This document shows positions 47,046-56,533 of a stretch of DNA of 64,000 nucleotides, in pieces (position 1 is the first letter of the stretch; each line of letters opens with the position of its first letter). A model generated the notes under the pieces. That model did no database searches, was not told the origin of the DNA, and saw only the letters and a list, made by a program, of their open reading frames with translations. This DNA is from Longimicrobiales bacterium (lineage in GTDB: Bacteria; Gemmatimonadota; Gemmatimonadetes; Longimicrobiales; Gaopeijiaceae): the NCBI GenBank assembly GCA_963664435.2, contig CAXXKM010000003.1, positions 96,001 to 160,000 on the forward strand, written 5' to 3'. The position numbers were made by a program, and so were the translations under genes.

Positions 47046-48159
47046 GGCGCTCCGTCTCTCCCGCTACGAGGGCCCGATAGACTTCCAGATGACGTTGCAC
47101 GAGAATGTCGTTGCTCCAGCGCGTGACGACGTGTTCCCGGCCCCGACGACCCACGGCGTCCAGGTCCTTCCGGCGCAGGAGAGCGACGAGCCGTCTGGCG
47201 AGATCCGTGGGATCCCCCGGCGCAAAGAGCGTGCCCACGGATTCGTCGATGATCTCCGGCAGTCCTCCCACCCGGGAAGCCGCCACCGGCAGTTCACACG
47301 CCATGGCTTCCAGCGCCGCAATGGAAGTCGCCTCCATGAGCGAGGGAATGACCGCCGCGGTGGCGGAGGAGAGAATGCCCGGCATCTCGGCGTTGGGCCG
47401 TGCGCCGAGGAAGCGAATGCGGTTCGCTACGCCCAACTGCGCGCTCAGGCCCTGCAGCTCTTCACGTTCTGGTCCGTCGCCCACCAGAATCGCCTCGATT
47501 CCGGGAATCTGCGCGGCGATTTCGGGCATCGCGCGCACGAAGAACCGCACTCCGTTTTTTGGAAACAGTCGGCGCGGCACGACCAGTGTCGGCCCGGACG
47601 CCGGCGGAAGCGATGGCTCGCAGCGTCGGAAAACCGATGTGTCGACCCCGTTGGTCACCGGCTCGGTGGCAAGGCCCGGGAGCAGCCCGTCGGCGACTTC
47701 GGCGATCTCGACGCTGGTGGCGAACGTATGGTCGGACGCACGCAGAAGGGTGCGCAGGCCCGGCCGCCAACGCGCCTTCCCCGCCAGGCGCAGGAAATGG
47801 GAGGTGTGCAGGGTCGTGATCAACGGCCGCCCGCGAATCCGGCCTGCAATCCAGGCCGGCGGAATCGACGCGATGGCCTGGGCATGAACCACGTCCGCCC
47901 GGGCGCTCGTCCGGGTGGTGCGCGGAGTTGAGCACATCGAGTGCAGGAGCCAACCTCCCGGGTTGCGCGCCGGAAGCCATGTCCTCGAGACGCGGATGTC
48001 CCCCATCCGCTCTTCGCGGGGAAGATTCGGCTGGGATCGCGAGGTGACCACATCCACGCGGTGTCCCCGGGCCACCAGACCGCGGCACAGGTTGAAGACG
48101 TGGCTCTCCAGCCCGCCGACTTCCGGTGGGAAGTAGACGCAGTGCATCAGGATGTTCAT
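47038..48159 (-). CDS. GT4 family glycosyltransferase
   Basis: FPPEVGGLE, NGVD, EATSIAALEAMACELPV (EX7E), VGGLPEI. Confidence 0.88.
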   Translation of the reverse strand: MNILMHCVYFPPEVGGLESHVFNLCRGLVARGHRVDVVTSRSQPNLPREERMGDIRVSRTWLPARNPGGWLLHSMCSTPRTTRTSARADVVHAQAIASIPPAWIAGRIRGRPLITTLHTSHFLRLAGKARWRPGLRTLLRASDHTFATSVEIAEVADGLLPGLATEPVTNGVDTSVFRRCEPSLPPASGPTLVVPRRLFPKNGVRFFVRAMPEIAAQIPGIEAILVGDGPEREELQGLSAQLGVANRIRFLGARPNAEMPGILSSATAAVIPSLMEATSIAALEAMACELPVAASRVGGLPEIIDESVGTLFAPGDPTDLARRLVALLRRKDLDAVGRRGREHVVTRWSNDILVQRHLEVYRALVAGETERHA

Positions 48160-49322
48160 TGCGCTTGCGGAAGCCAGTCACGAGTCCGGCGCGGGACTCC
48201 GGCAAGCCGGTGAACCACGATGTCGGCGATCCGCGCTGCCGCGTTGCCATCCCCGTATGGGTTGGTGAAGCGTCCTTCGCGGTCCCCTTCCCCGTTCACA
48301 TCCGCAAGGGCGGCCAGCGCTTCGCCGACGATCAGATCCCGGTCGGTTCCCACAAGCCTGGCAACCCCCGCCGCGACGCCTTCCGGGCGTTCGGTCACCT
48401 CTCGCAGCACGAGGACCGGCGTGCCGAACGTGGGAGCCTCCTCCTGGATTCCCCCGGAGTCGGTCAACACGAGGCTCGCCCTGGCGAGCGCCCGAAGGAG
48501 ATCCGGGTAGGCCAGCGGGTCCGTCAGGTGAACGCGAGGATGGTCGGCGAGATGCTCGCGCGCCGGGAGGACGACCTGCGGATTGGGGTGAACGGGATAG
48601 ATGATCCGGACATGCGGACATCGGTCCGCGATGTCGCGGACTGCGCGAAAGACTCGACGCAGAGGTTTCCCGAACGACTCGCGCCGGTGGGCCGTGAGCA
48701 GCACCAGGGGGGCATCTCCCGCCAGAAGTTCGGCCAGCACGCCGTCCTCGATGTCGGCTTCACGGCGGGCCAGCCGCATGAGAGCGTCGACCACGGTGTT
48801 GCCCGTGACGTGAATGGAGTGGTCGGAGACCCCTTCGGCAAGAAGGTGTTGCCGCGCCAGCGCAGTAGGCGCGAAGTGAAGCTCGGCAAGCGTGTCCGTC
48901 ATCTGCCGGAAGAGCTCCTCCGGGTATGGTGCCCACCGGTTGCGGCTGCGCAGTCCGGCTTCGACATGCCCCACCGGGACACGCTCGAAGAAACCCACCA
49001 GTGAACCGAAGAAGACGCTGGCCGTGTCGCCCTGAACCAGCATCATGGCCGGCGCAAACTCGCGGATCATGTCCCTGAGTCCTTCCATGCAGCCCTGGCC
49101 GACGTCGTAGAGCGTCTGCCCGGATTTCATGATGCCCAGGTCGAAATCGGGGGCGATGGAGAAAGCTTCCAGCGCCTGGTCGACCATGTCGGTGTGCTGC
49201 CCGGTGAGGGCGACCGCGCTCTCCACAAGGTCATCGCGTTCGCGCAGGGCGTCCGCGACCGGGGCCATCTTGATCGCCTCGGGCCGGGTGCCGATCACAA
49301 CCAGGACGCGCGGACGCGTCAT
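48156..49322 (-). CDS. wecB: UDP-N-acetylglucosamine 2-epimerase (non-hydrolysing)
   Basis: GTRPEAIKMAP, TGQH, QGDT, HVEAGLRS, HRRESFG, TDSGGIQEEA, NPYGDG. Confidence 0.94.
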   Translation of the reverse strand: MTRPRVLVVIGTRPEAIKMAPVADALRERDDLVESAVALTGQHTDMVDQALEAFSIAPDFDLGIMKSGQTLYDVGQGCMEGLRDMIREFAPAMMLVQGDTASVFFGSLVGFFERVPVGHVEAGLRSRNRWAPYPEELFRQMTDTLAELHFAPTALARQHLLAEGVSDHSIHVTGNTVVDALMRLARREADIEDGVLAELLAGDAPLVLLTAHRRESFGKPLRRVFRAVRDIADRCPHVRIIYPVHPNPQVVLPAREHLADHPRVHLTDPLAYPDLLRALARASLVLTDSGGIQEEAPTFGTPVLVLREVTERPEGVAAGVARLVGTDRDLIVGEALAALADVNGEGDREGRFTNPYGDGNAAARIADIVVHRLAGVPRRTRDWLPQAQ

Positions 49323-49383
49323 CCCCGGCGCCGGCTGCGGTGGTGCAGGGTTGCACCGGAGTGGTCGATGCGGGGCGGGCGGC

Positions 49384-50862
49384 TCACAGACGTTTGCGCA
49401 TGCGCGCCGGGAGGATGCCGAGCTGGTCGCGATATTTGGCCACCGTCCTGCGGGCGATCCTCACGCCGTCGGCGCGCAGAAGCTTGACCAGGGCCATGTC
49501 GGTGAGGGGCTTGTGCGTGTCCTCCCCGGAGATCAGCGCCTCCATCTTCGCCTTGACTCCGCGCGCGGAAATGTCGGTGCCGCTGGTGGTTGAGAGCCCG
49601 CTCGAGAAAAAGTACTTGAGGCTGAAGACACCCCGCGGCGTCTCGACGTACTTTTCGTTGGTCACGCGCGAGACGGTCGATTCGTGCATCTCGATATGGT
49701 CGCCCACTTCCCGCAGGGTGAGCGGACGCAGGTGCTGAACTCCGTTTTCGAAGAAATCGTGCTGACGTTCCACGATGTAGTGCATCACCTTGAGCATCGT
49801 CTGGCGTCGCTGTTCGATGGCCTGGATCATCCAGGTGGCGGCATTCAGCTTGTTCTTGATGAATTTCCTGTTGTCGCCCTGGAACAGACGCTTGTCCCGG
49901 GCGACCTCCTGGTACGACCGCGCCAGCCTGAGCTGAGGCATGCTGGTGTCGTTGGCGAACACCATGTACTCACCGGATATCTTCTCTACGATCAGGTCGG
50001 GGACGATGTAATGGTCCGGCTCGGGCGAGTACCTGAGTCCCGGCTTCGGGTCCAGCCTGGCAAGCCGGTCGGCGGTGTCCTGGACCACTCGGGGCGCCAC
50101 CCCGACGGCGCGGGCGATGTTGGCCCACCGGTGACTCAGGAGGTCGTCGAAGTGCTCGTCTACCAGGATCCAGATGAGCTCATCCTCCTCTCCCGATTCG
50201 CGCAACTGGATGAGGAGACACTCGCGCAGATCGCGCGCGCCCACGCCCGGAGGATCCATGTCCTGGACAATCTCGAGCACCGCCTCCACGTCCCGCACGC
50301 CGAAGGGAGCGAGCATCGTGGCCACCTCTTCCGGAGCCTCGTCCCCGGCGGCATCGAGGGCGATGTCCCGAACTTTGTCAAGCCAGCTGTTGAGGTCTTC
50401 GACGATGGTTTCCAGCGGACAGCGCAGAAGGCCGTCGTCGTCGATGTTGCCGATGATCTCCTGCGCGACCCTCTGCTCGCGGTCGGAGAGCGTCAGCAGC
50501 TGGGTCTGGTTCTCGAGATGATCGCGGAGGTCGGGAGCCCTGGCCGGCGTGGGAAGATCGAAGTCCCGGTGTTCGTGCTGGGCGCGGTGTCCGCCCGCGT
50601 CGAATCCGTCGAGCAGGATGGATTCCCAGTCGATCTCTTCCCCGTCCTCGTCCGCGGCGTCCTGGTCCAGTTCCACTTCCTGCTCGGTGTCGCCTTCCAC
50701 CACCTCCAGGAACGGGTTTTCCGTCATCTCCTGCTTGAGACGCTGCTGAAGGTCGAGCAGCGGAAGTTGAAGCAGCTCCATCGCCTGGTACAGACGCGGG
50801 TTTAGCTTGATCTCCTGCCTGAGTTGCGGGCTCTGGATGAGCCGCGTGCCGAGACCGCTCAT
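49384..50862 (-). CDS. rpoN: RNA polymerase sigma-54 factor
   Basis: Q/L-rich region I, PPGVGARDLRECL, HESTVSR, RpoN box ARRTVAKYR. ATG 50862 overlaps the lptB stop. Confidence 0.95.
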   Translation of the reverse strand: MSGLGTRLIQSPQLRQEIKLNPRLYQAMELLQLPLLDLQQRLKQEMTENPFLEVVEGDTEQEVELDQDAADEDGEEIDWESILLDGFDAGGHRAQHEHRDFDLPTPARAPDLRDHLENQTQLLTLSDREQRVAQEIIGNIDDDGLLRCPLETIVEDLNSWLDKVRDIALDAAGDEAPEEVATMLAPFGVRDVEAVLEIVQDMDPPGVGARDLRECLLIQLRESGEEDELIWILVDEHFDDLLSHRWANIARAVGVAPRVVQDTADRLARLDPKPGLRYSPEPDHYIVPDLIVEKISGEYMVFANDTSMPQLRLARSYQEVARDKRLFQGDNRKFIKNKLNAATWMIQAIEQRRQTMLKVMHYIVERQHDFFENGVQHLRPLTLREVGDHIEMHESTVSRVTNEKYVETPRGVFSLKYFFSSGLSTTSGTDISARGVKAKMEALISGEDTHKPLTDMALVKLLRADGVRIARRTVAKYRDQLGILPARMRKRL

Positions 50863-52052
50863 GCCACCACGGGAGGATTGAAGCGCTTGCGCATGCGATC
50901 GGTCAGGACGGGACCGAGATAGATCTCGGCCACTTCGTCGTTCCAGACCAGTTCGGAGACCGTGCCGACGACCCGGATGCGACCCTCGTGCATGATGTAG
51001 GCGCGGTCGACGATCTCCAGCGTCTGTTCCACGCTGTGGTCCGAAATGATCACCCCGATGCCGCGGTGCCGCAGCCCGGCCACGATCTGCTGGATGTCGT
51101 TGACGGCGATGGGATCGATTCCGGCGAAGGGCTCGTCGAGAAGCATGAACTTGGGGCGCTGGACGAGCGCGCGGGTAATCTCCAGACGGCGCCGTTCCCC
51201 ACCGGAGAGCGAAAAGGCCTTCGAGTGGCGGAGGTGGCCGATGGAGAGCTCCGACAGCAGTTCGTCGAGGCGCTGCCTGCGCTCCGCGCGCGGAAGCGGA
51301 AGCGTCTCCAGGATCGCCATTACGTTCTGTTCGACGGTCAGGCGCCGGAAGATGGATGGCTCCTGGGCGAGATAACCGACCCCCAGCCGCGATCTCCTGT
51401 ACATGGGAACGCCGGTGAGCGCCCGGTCGTCCAGCCGCACCTCTCCCGCCTGGGGCGAGATCAGCCCGACCATCATGTAGAAGGTCGTGGTCTTGCCGGC
51501 GCCGTTCGGTCCGAGCAGCCCGACGATCTCCCCCTGCTCCACGGCGATGTCGACGTCGTTCACCACCTTCCGTCCGCCGTAGCTCTTGGTCAGCCCCGTC
51601 GCGACCAGCCGGCTGGCCGGCGGCGAGGCGCCGTTGTCCTCCGGTTCGCTGGCCAGAACGCCGAACTTGTGCTGCAGCACGACGGCCATCGCTTCGATGT
51701 TCTCCACCAGCTGGTCGCGTTCGCCGGCCAGCTCCCCCCACAGCTCGCCATCGATGGTCAGGCGCTCCCAGCCGTCTTCGCCGGGATCGCGGCGGGCCAT
51801 GCCGACGGCCTCCATCCGCCCGATCACCTGTTCCTCCAGGTAGCCCCCGAGTTCGCCGCCGCGCTCGCGCCAGGACGCCTTCAGGTGGAGTTCGAGCTCC
51901 TCGTACTGGCGGCGCACCGACGACACCCAGTCGTCCCGGTTCACGGATCCCGAATCGTCCGCGCCCCGGATCAACTCCAGGACCGCGACCGACACCGAGA
52001 CATCGTGCGGCTCGAGTTCCCGCATCAGTTCCAGAAAGCGTTCCAGCGTCAT
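50859..52052 (-). CDS. lptB: LPS export ATPase LptB with ~146-aa N-terminal extension
   Basis: GPNGAGKTT, GYLAQEPSIFR, LSGGERRRLEI, DEPFAGIDP. Located between the lptA-like gene and rpoN. Confidence 0.92.
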   Translation of the reverse strand: MTLERFLELMRELEPHDVSVSVAVLELIRGADDSGSVNRDDWVSSVRRQYEELELHLKASWRERGGELGGYLEEQVIGRMEAVGMARRDPGEDGWERLTIDGELWGELAGERDQLVENIEAMAVVLQHKFGVLASEPEDNGASPPASRLVATGLTKSYGGRKVVNDVDIAVEQGEIVGLLGPNGAGKTTTFYMMVGLISPQAGEVRLDDRALTGVPMYRRSRLGVGYLAQEPSIFRRLTVEQNVMAILETLPLPRAERRQRLDELLSELSIGHLRHSKAFSLSGGERRRLEITRALVQRPKFMLLDEPFAGIDPIAVNDIQQIVAGLRHRGIGVIISDHSVEQTLEIVDRAYIMHEGRIRVVGTVSELVWNDEVAEIYLGPVLTDRMRKRFNPPVVA

Positions 52053-52053
52053 T

Positions 52054-54387
52054 TCATCTCCGAGTGGCGGGGGATGCCGCGGTCGTGTCGGGGGGTGGGG
52101 CAGCGAGAGGCTCGAGCTGCACGCCGCGGGCGTTGCCTTCCACGATGACCGAGGTCACTTCGCCGTCCTGCATGAAGATAGTGATCAGGTCTCCCCGCAC
52201 GTAGTGAAGGGCGAGGCGGTTGTCCGGCTCCGGCTCTGCGGCCGCTTCTTCTCCCCCGGCCTCTCCCGCGGGTTCCTGCGCGTCCGGATCTTCCTCCGTT
52301 GCGGTCTCCTGCGGGGGCTCCCCGGAGATCTCCTCTTCGGCGGCTTCCTCCGCGGCTTCCTGTCGCGAGGCCTCGTCGCCGACGTTCTCCGCGAGGATTT
52401 CCTCTCCGGGGTTCTGCTGCGCCGGATCCGCGGCGTCTTCCGGCGCGACTTCCTCCCCTTCGCCTTCCCCTGCATCCTCTTCGTCCTCGCCTGCCGCTCC
52501 TTCTTCCCCTTCCGCGGCGTCGCCGCCCGAGGGAGTCATGCGGTAGAGGCTCGCCGCGTCGCCGCGAGCTTCCAGCTGATCGAGCTGGTAGCCGCCGGCC
52601 GGCTGGCCCTCCTCCGGTCCGGTGCCGGCTTCCGCGGTCGTGTCGGCGGCCACGGGCCGGAAGGTGGCGATGATGGTGTCGCCGGAGACCCAGTCCGAGC
52701 GCGCGATCTCCGGCGTGTCTTCGGTGTTGAGCGAATCGCGAGCGAGCGACTCGCCGCGCGCATTGCCCACGGCGACCACGCGCTCGAGCAGCTCGTTGGG
52801 GGCCAGGACGTCGATGGAATCCCCTTCCAGTTCGAACGTCTCGGCCACCGCGCGGGGCCGGGCAGGAGGAAGCGCGGCGGCTGAATCACCGGTCTCCCCC
52901 GAGGTTGCGGGCGGCGCACCCGCTGCTCCGGGCGCCGGTTCCTCGCCGAGCGGGATCGCTTCCTCGAGCACCAGGTCGGCGGGCTCGGTCCGGGCGTCGC
53001 CGCCGGCCTGCTCCGACGGCCCGGTTGCGGCGTCTGTCGCAGCTTCATCCGCGGGCGCTTCCCCCGCGGCTTCGGCGGTCGTGTCCGCCGGCGTCTCCCC
53101 GGCGGCGGCCACGATGGCTGCCGAGTCCCCGCCGAGGATGTCGACGTCGCCGGCAGGCGCGGGCTCGGGCGGCCGCTCGTTCATGGCCACGATGCGATCC
53201 AGCACGCCGTCCCGCATCAATACCCGGATTTCGGGCGCGGTCAGGTCGATCTCGCTCCCCGAGAGTGCGGCGTCACCGCGCGCTGCGACCTGGCTGCCGT
53301 CCATGTCCAGATCCACCGCGTCACCGCTCAGCACGTATTCGGCACCGTATCCGAAAACGCGCGGCGCCGTACCCCGCAGAAAGAGCTTGCCGGCGGCTTC
53401 CCGGTACTCGATGGAATCCGCGAGCGCGCGAAACTCATCGTTGTAGAGCTCCGCGTTGCCGGTGGCCAGCATGTAGTCCGCGCCGTTCAGATAGATGCGC
53501 TCGGCATCGATGTCATAGGGGACGGGCGTTGTGTCGGGGGGTGGTGGGTCGGGGCGTGCAACCTCTACTTCGTCGGTCTCGACGGCCGTCGAGTCGACCG
53601 GAGCGGCGAGGGAGTCCACGGCGACCTGGGTGGAGTCGGTCGGGGTGGTGGACTCCTCCCGGGCTTGCACGGCGGCACCGGGGGCAGCAACCGTGGAATC
53701 TCCGGCGAGCGCCGGGTCGCCCACGGCGGTCGTGTCGGATGGCGTTTCGGTCGAGTCCGCGGCTTCTGCCGAATCGCTCTCCGTGGCTGCGGAATCCCCC
53801 GGAGCTTCGGTCGAGTCCGCAGCCTCCGTCGAATCGCTCTCCACCCCGAGGGAGTCCGACGGGACCCGGGCCGAATCCGGCGCGGCCGGCGGTGGCGACA
53901 CCAGAATGACCGCGTGCGCCCGCCGCCCGTCCCGGCCCATGATGGTTATTTCTCCATCCTCGCGGCGGGAGCTGGAGCCGACCAGAACGGTGCTGTCGCC
54001 CTCGAAGGTGGCGCCCGAGACCTCATCGATGATGTGGACGTTGCCGACTCCGATCAGCCGGCCCTCGGAGGCGAAATGGTCGGCGCGGTCCGCGGTCATC
54101 AACGCCGTCGAGTCGCGGTACTCGAAGTTGCCGACGAAGCGGGTGTAGCCCGAGACGTCATCGAGCACGGCGCTGTCCGCGCGGATGATGACGCCCTCTC
54201 CGCAACCGAACACCGGGGCCGAGATGAAGTTGAAGAAACCGTCCCGCGTCAGCTGGACGGTCGAGGAACGCGACTGGAGCAGGTCGCAGGTGTCCTGCGC
54301 CGCGACGCCCGTCGTCAGGCACAGGGCCGAGCCCGCCATCAGGGCCGCCAGAACCGGGAAGCGGCGCAATTCAGGGCCCTCCGCCAC
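52054..54387 (-). CDS. LptA/OstA-like periplasmic beta-jellyroll protein with long acidic linkers
   Basis: Signal peptide, repeated OstA-like strands (ADSA, GNV, ATGNA, ARGDA, AVGNA, EGNARG). Sits between lptC and lptB. Confidence 0.7.
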   Translation of the reverse strand: MAEGPELRRFPVLAALMAGSALCLTTGVAAQDTCDLLQSRSSTVQLTRDGFFNFISAPVFGCGEGVIIRADSAVLDDVSGYTRFVGNFEYRDSTALMTADRADHFASEGRLIGVGNVHIIDEVSGATFEGDSTVLVGSSSRREDGEITIMGRDGRRAHAVILVSPPPAAPDSARVPSDSLGVESDSTEAADSTEAPGDSAATESDSAEAADSTETPSDTTAVGDPALAGDSTVAAPGAAVQAREESTTPTDSTQVAVDSLAAPVDSTAVETDEVEVARPDPPPPDTTPVPYDIDAERIYLNGADYMLATGNAELYNDEFRALADSIEYREAAGKLFLRGTAPRVFGYGAEYVLSGDAVDLDMDGSQVAARGDAALSGSEIDLTAPEIRVLMRDGVLDRIVAMNERPPEPAPAGDVDILGGDSAAIVAAAGETPADTTAEAAGEAPADEAATDAATGPSEQAGGDARTEPADLVLEEAIPLGEEPAPGAAGAPPATSGETGDSAAALPPARPRAVAETFELEGDSIDVLAPNELLERVVAVGNARGESLARDSLNTEDTPEIARSDWVSGDTIIATFRPVAADTTAEAGTGPEEGQPAGGYQLDQLEARGDAASLYRMTPSGGDAAEGEEGAAGEDEEDAGEGEGEEVAPEDAADPAQQNPGEEILAENVGDEASRQEAAEEAAEEEISGEPPQETATEEDPDAQEPAGEAGGEEAAAEPEPDNRLALHYVRGDLITIFMQDGEVTSVIVEGNARGVQLEPLAAPPPDTTAASPATRR

Positions 54388-54919
54388 TCCGCGTTCGCTG
54401 ATTCTGAATGAAGATGTTCTCGAAGTTGGCGTCGGACAGGAACGCTGATCCCTCGACCACCCGGCCCCCTTCCGTCATCGTCATGATCGTGGTCGAGTCG
54501 CTCCAGATGCGGTCCCTCTGGGGCTCGTAGTGGATCTCCGCGCTCTCGATGCGCCGGTCCGCCATTACGAGAACGGCGTCGCCGCGCGCGACCATGAGCT
54601 GGGTGTCCTCGTTCATCAACCCGGTCCGGGAGGTTACGCGCGCCCGCTCCTCCCCGGCTTCGTCGTACATGATCAGGTTCACCGTGCGCATCGCCACGGA
54701 CGTCGAGTCCTGCCAGATATAGGCGGTGTCGGCCTGGATGCGGGCCTCGCGGATTCCGTCCACCGTGACATGGGTCACGATGTCGAAGAGCACCTGGTCG
54801 GCCTGGAGGGCGCGCAACTCCTCGGGGAGCGGCGTCGTCGCCACCTGCTCCTCGCACCCCGCGGTCGCCATCACCGCGAAAGTCACCAGTACCGCCATCT
54901 TCCTGTTTTTCAACATCAT
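54371..54919 (-). CDS. lptC: LPS export periplasmic protein LptC
   Basis: Lipobox-like ATAGC, ARGDAVL, IWSDS. Canonical kdsD-lptC-lptA-lptB-rpoN order. Confidence 0.78.
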   Translation of the reverse strand: MMLKNRKMAVLVTFAVMATAGCEEQVATTPLPEELRALQADQVLFDIVTHVTVDGIREARIQADTAYIWQDSTSVAMRTVNLIMYDEAGEERARVTSRTGLMNEDTQLMVARGDAVLVMADRRIESAEIHYEPQRDRIWSDSTTIMTMTEGGRVVEGSAFLSDANFENIFIQNQRTRSGGGP

Positions 54920-55971
54920 AGAACTCCCGATCTCATCAAGTCATGGAGGTGCACGACGCCGCGCAGCCGGTCCCTCGCGTCCACCACGGGCAATGCCATG
55001 ACCCCGTGCTCCTCCATCTCCCGGGCGGATGCCGAGGCCAGGGTGCCCAGCCGGGCCAGCCTGGGCTCGGGGCTCATGATGGCGCGGATCGGAATATGAA
55101 GGAAATCCGGTTCGCGCTCCATAAGGCGCGTGAGATCCCCGGCGGTGACGACGCCCACGACCCTGTCCCGTTCGTCCACGATGGGCACGGTGCCGCGCAT
55201 GTGCGCGAGCGGCACGATGCAGTCGCGCACGAGCGCGTCCTCGAGAAGGGACGGATACCCTTCCCCGACCATCACTTCTTCGACCCGAAGCGTGAGCCTG
55301 CGGCCGAGAGCGCCGCCCGGATGCAGGCGGGCGAAATCCGCGGGTTCGAAGCCCCGGCGCCGCAGCAGGACGATCGCCAGCGCGTCGCCCATCGCCATGG
55401 CGGCGGTGGTGGAGGTGGTGGGCGCCAGATCCAGCGGGCAGGCTTCCTCGGCCACCGAGCAGTCGAGGACCGCGGTAGCGTGCCGGGCCAGCGGCGCGCG
55501 CGGATTTCCGGTTATCAGGACGATGGGCACGCCGTAGCGCAGCAGGTACCCGGCGAGCCGGGCGAGTTCCTCGGTGTCGCCGCTCTTGGAGACCAGGACG
55601 GCGACGTCCTGGCGGGAGACGACGCCCAGGTCCCCGTGAAGCCCCTCCACCGGGTGCAGGAAGGAGGCGGACGTGCCGGTGGAGGTCAGCGTAGCCGCGA
55701 TCTTGCGCCCGACGATGCCGCTCTTGCCGACGCCCGAGACGATGACCCGGCCGGACGCGGCCAGCACGGTCTCGACCGCGTCGACGAAGGTCCGGTCGAT
55801 GCGTTCCGCCAGGTGGAGGAGCGCGCCGCCCTCCGCGCGCAGCACCCGGGCTGCTTCGGCGATGGCGGAGGCGGCCGCGCCGGCGTCTTCCCCCGGCGAG
55901 GACGGCGAGCGCGTACGGGTCCCGCCCGCGTCAGCCTTTCCGGCCGCGCGCGTCTTCGGCGGGGACGTCAT
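54916..55971 (-). CDS. kdsD: Arabinose-5-phosphate isomerase (KpsF/GutQ, SIS + CBS)
   Basis: SGVGKSG, HGDLG, SKSGDTEE, APTTSTT, HPGGALG, CBS pair. AGGAG before ATG 55971. Confidence 0.92.
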   Translation of the reverse strand: MTSPPKTRAAGKADAGGTRTRSPSSPGEDAGAAASAIAEAARVLRAEGGALLHLAERIDRTFVDAVETVLAASGRVIVSGVGKSGIVGRKIAATLTSTGTSASFLHPVEGLHGDLGVVSRQDVAVLVSKSGDTEELARLAGYLLRYGVPIVLITGNPRAPLARHATAVLDCSVAEEACPLDLAPTTSTTAAMAMGDALAIVLLRRRGFEPADFARLHPGGALGRRLTLRVEEVMVGEGYPSLLEDALVRDCIVPLAHMRGTVPIVDERDRVVGVVTAGDLTRLMEREPDFLHIPIRAIMSPEPRLARLGTLASASAREMEEHGVMALPVVDARDRLRGVVHLHDLMRSGVL

Positions 55972-56533
55972 CGCTCCTTGCATCGCAATAACCCTGGACC
56001 ACGTTTTCCCATTCATCTCGCGCAATCAGCAGGGCGCGCACGAATTCCCGAACGGCTCCCCTGCCCCCCTGCGCCCGCGTCTGCCAGATCGCGTCCCGCA
56101 CCAGCTCCGGAGTGGCGTTCCCGACCGCCACCGGCAGTCCTGCTCGCCGAAAGACCGGAAGGTCGGGCAGGTCGTCCGCAAGCATGGCGACTTCGTCCCA
56201 TGAAACCCCGTTGCGTGCAAGCAAGTTTCGTACCACGGGCATCTTCATCGCGCCGGGCACCTGATGGCATTCCTCGATGCCGAGTTCCCGGGCGCGCAGC
56301 GCGGTCGCCGCCGACACCCGGCCCGACACCAGCGCCACCCGCATCCCGGTTTCCATGAGAAGCTTGATCGCCAGGCCGTCCTGGATGTCGAAGCGCTTGA
56401 GCTCCACCGGCGACCCGTCCGGCAGCTCGCCCAGGTAGACGCCGGCGTCGGTAAGCACCCCGTCCACGTCGAAGATGACGAGTTTCACCCGGCGCGCGGC
56501 CTCGAGGGGGAATTCCCTGCCCGGTCCCGTCAT
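55931..56533 (-). CDS. kdsC: KDO-8-phosphate phosphatase
   Basis: HAD motif FDVDGVLTD, F.IQDG, GGRGAVRE. Confidence 0.9.
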   Translation of the reverse strand: MTGPGREFPLEAARRVKLVIFDVDGVLTDAGVYLGELPDGSPVELKRFDIQDGLAIKLLMETGMRVALVSGRVSAATALRARELGIEECHQVPGAMKMPVVRNLLARNGVSWDEVAMLADDLPDLPVFRRAGLPVAVGNATPELVRDAIWQTRAQGGRGAVREFVRALLIARDEWENVVQGYCDARSDDVPAEDARGRKG

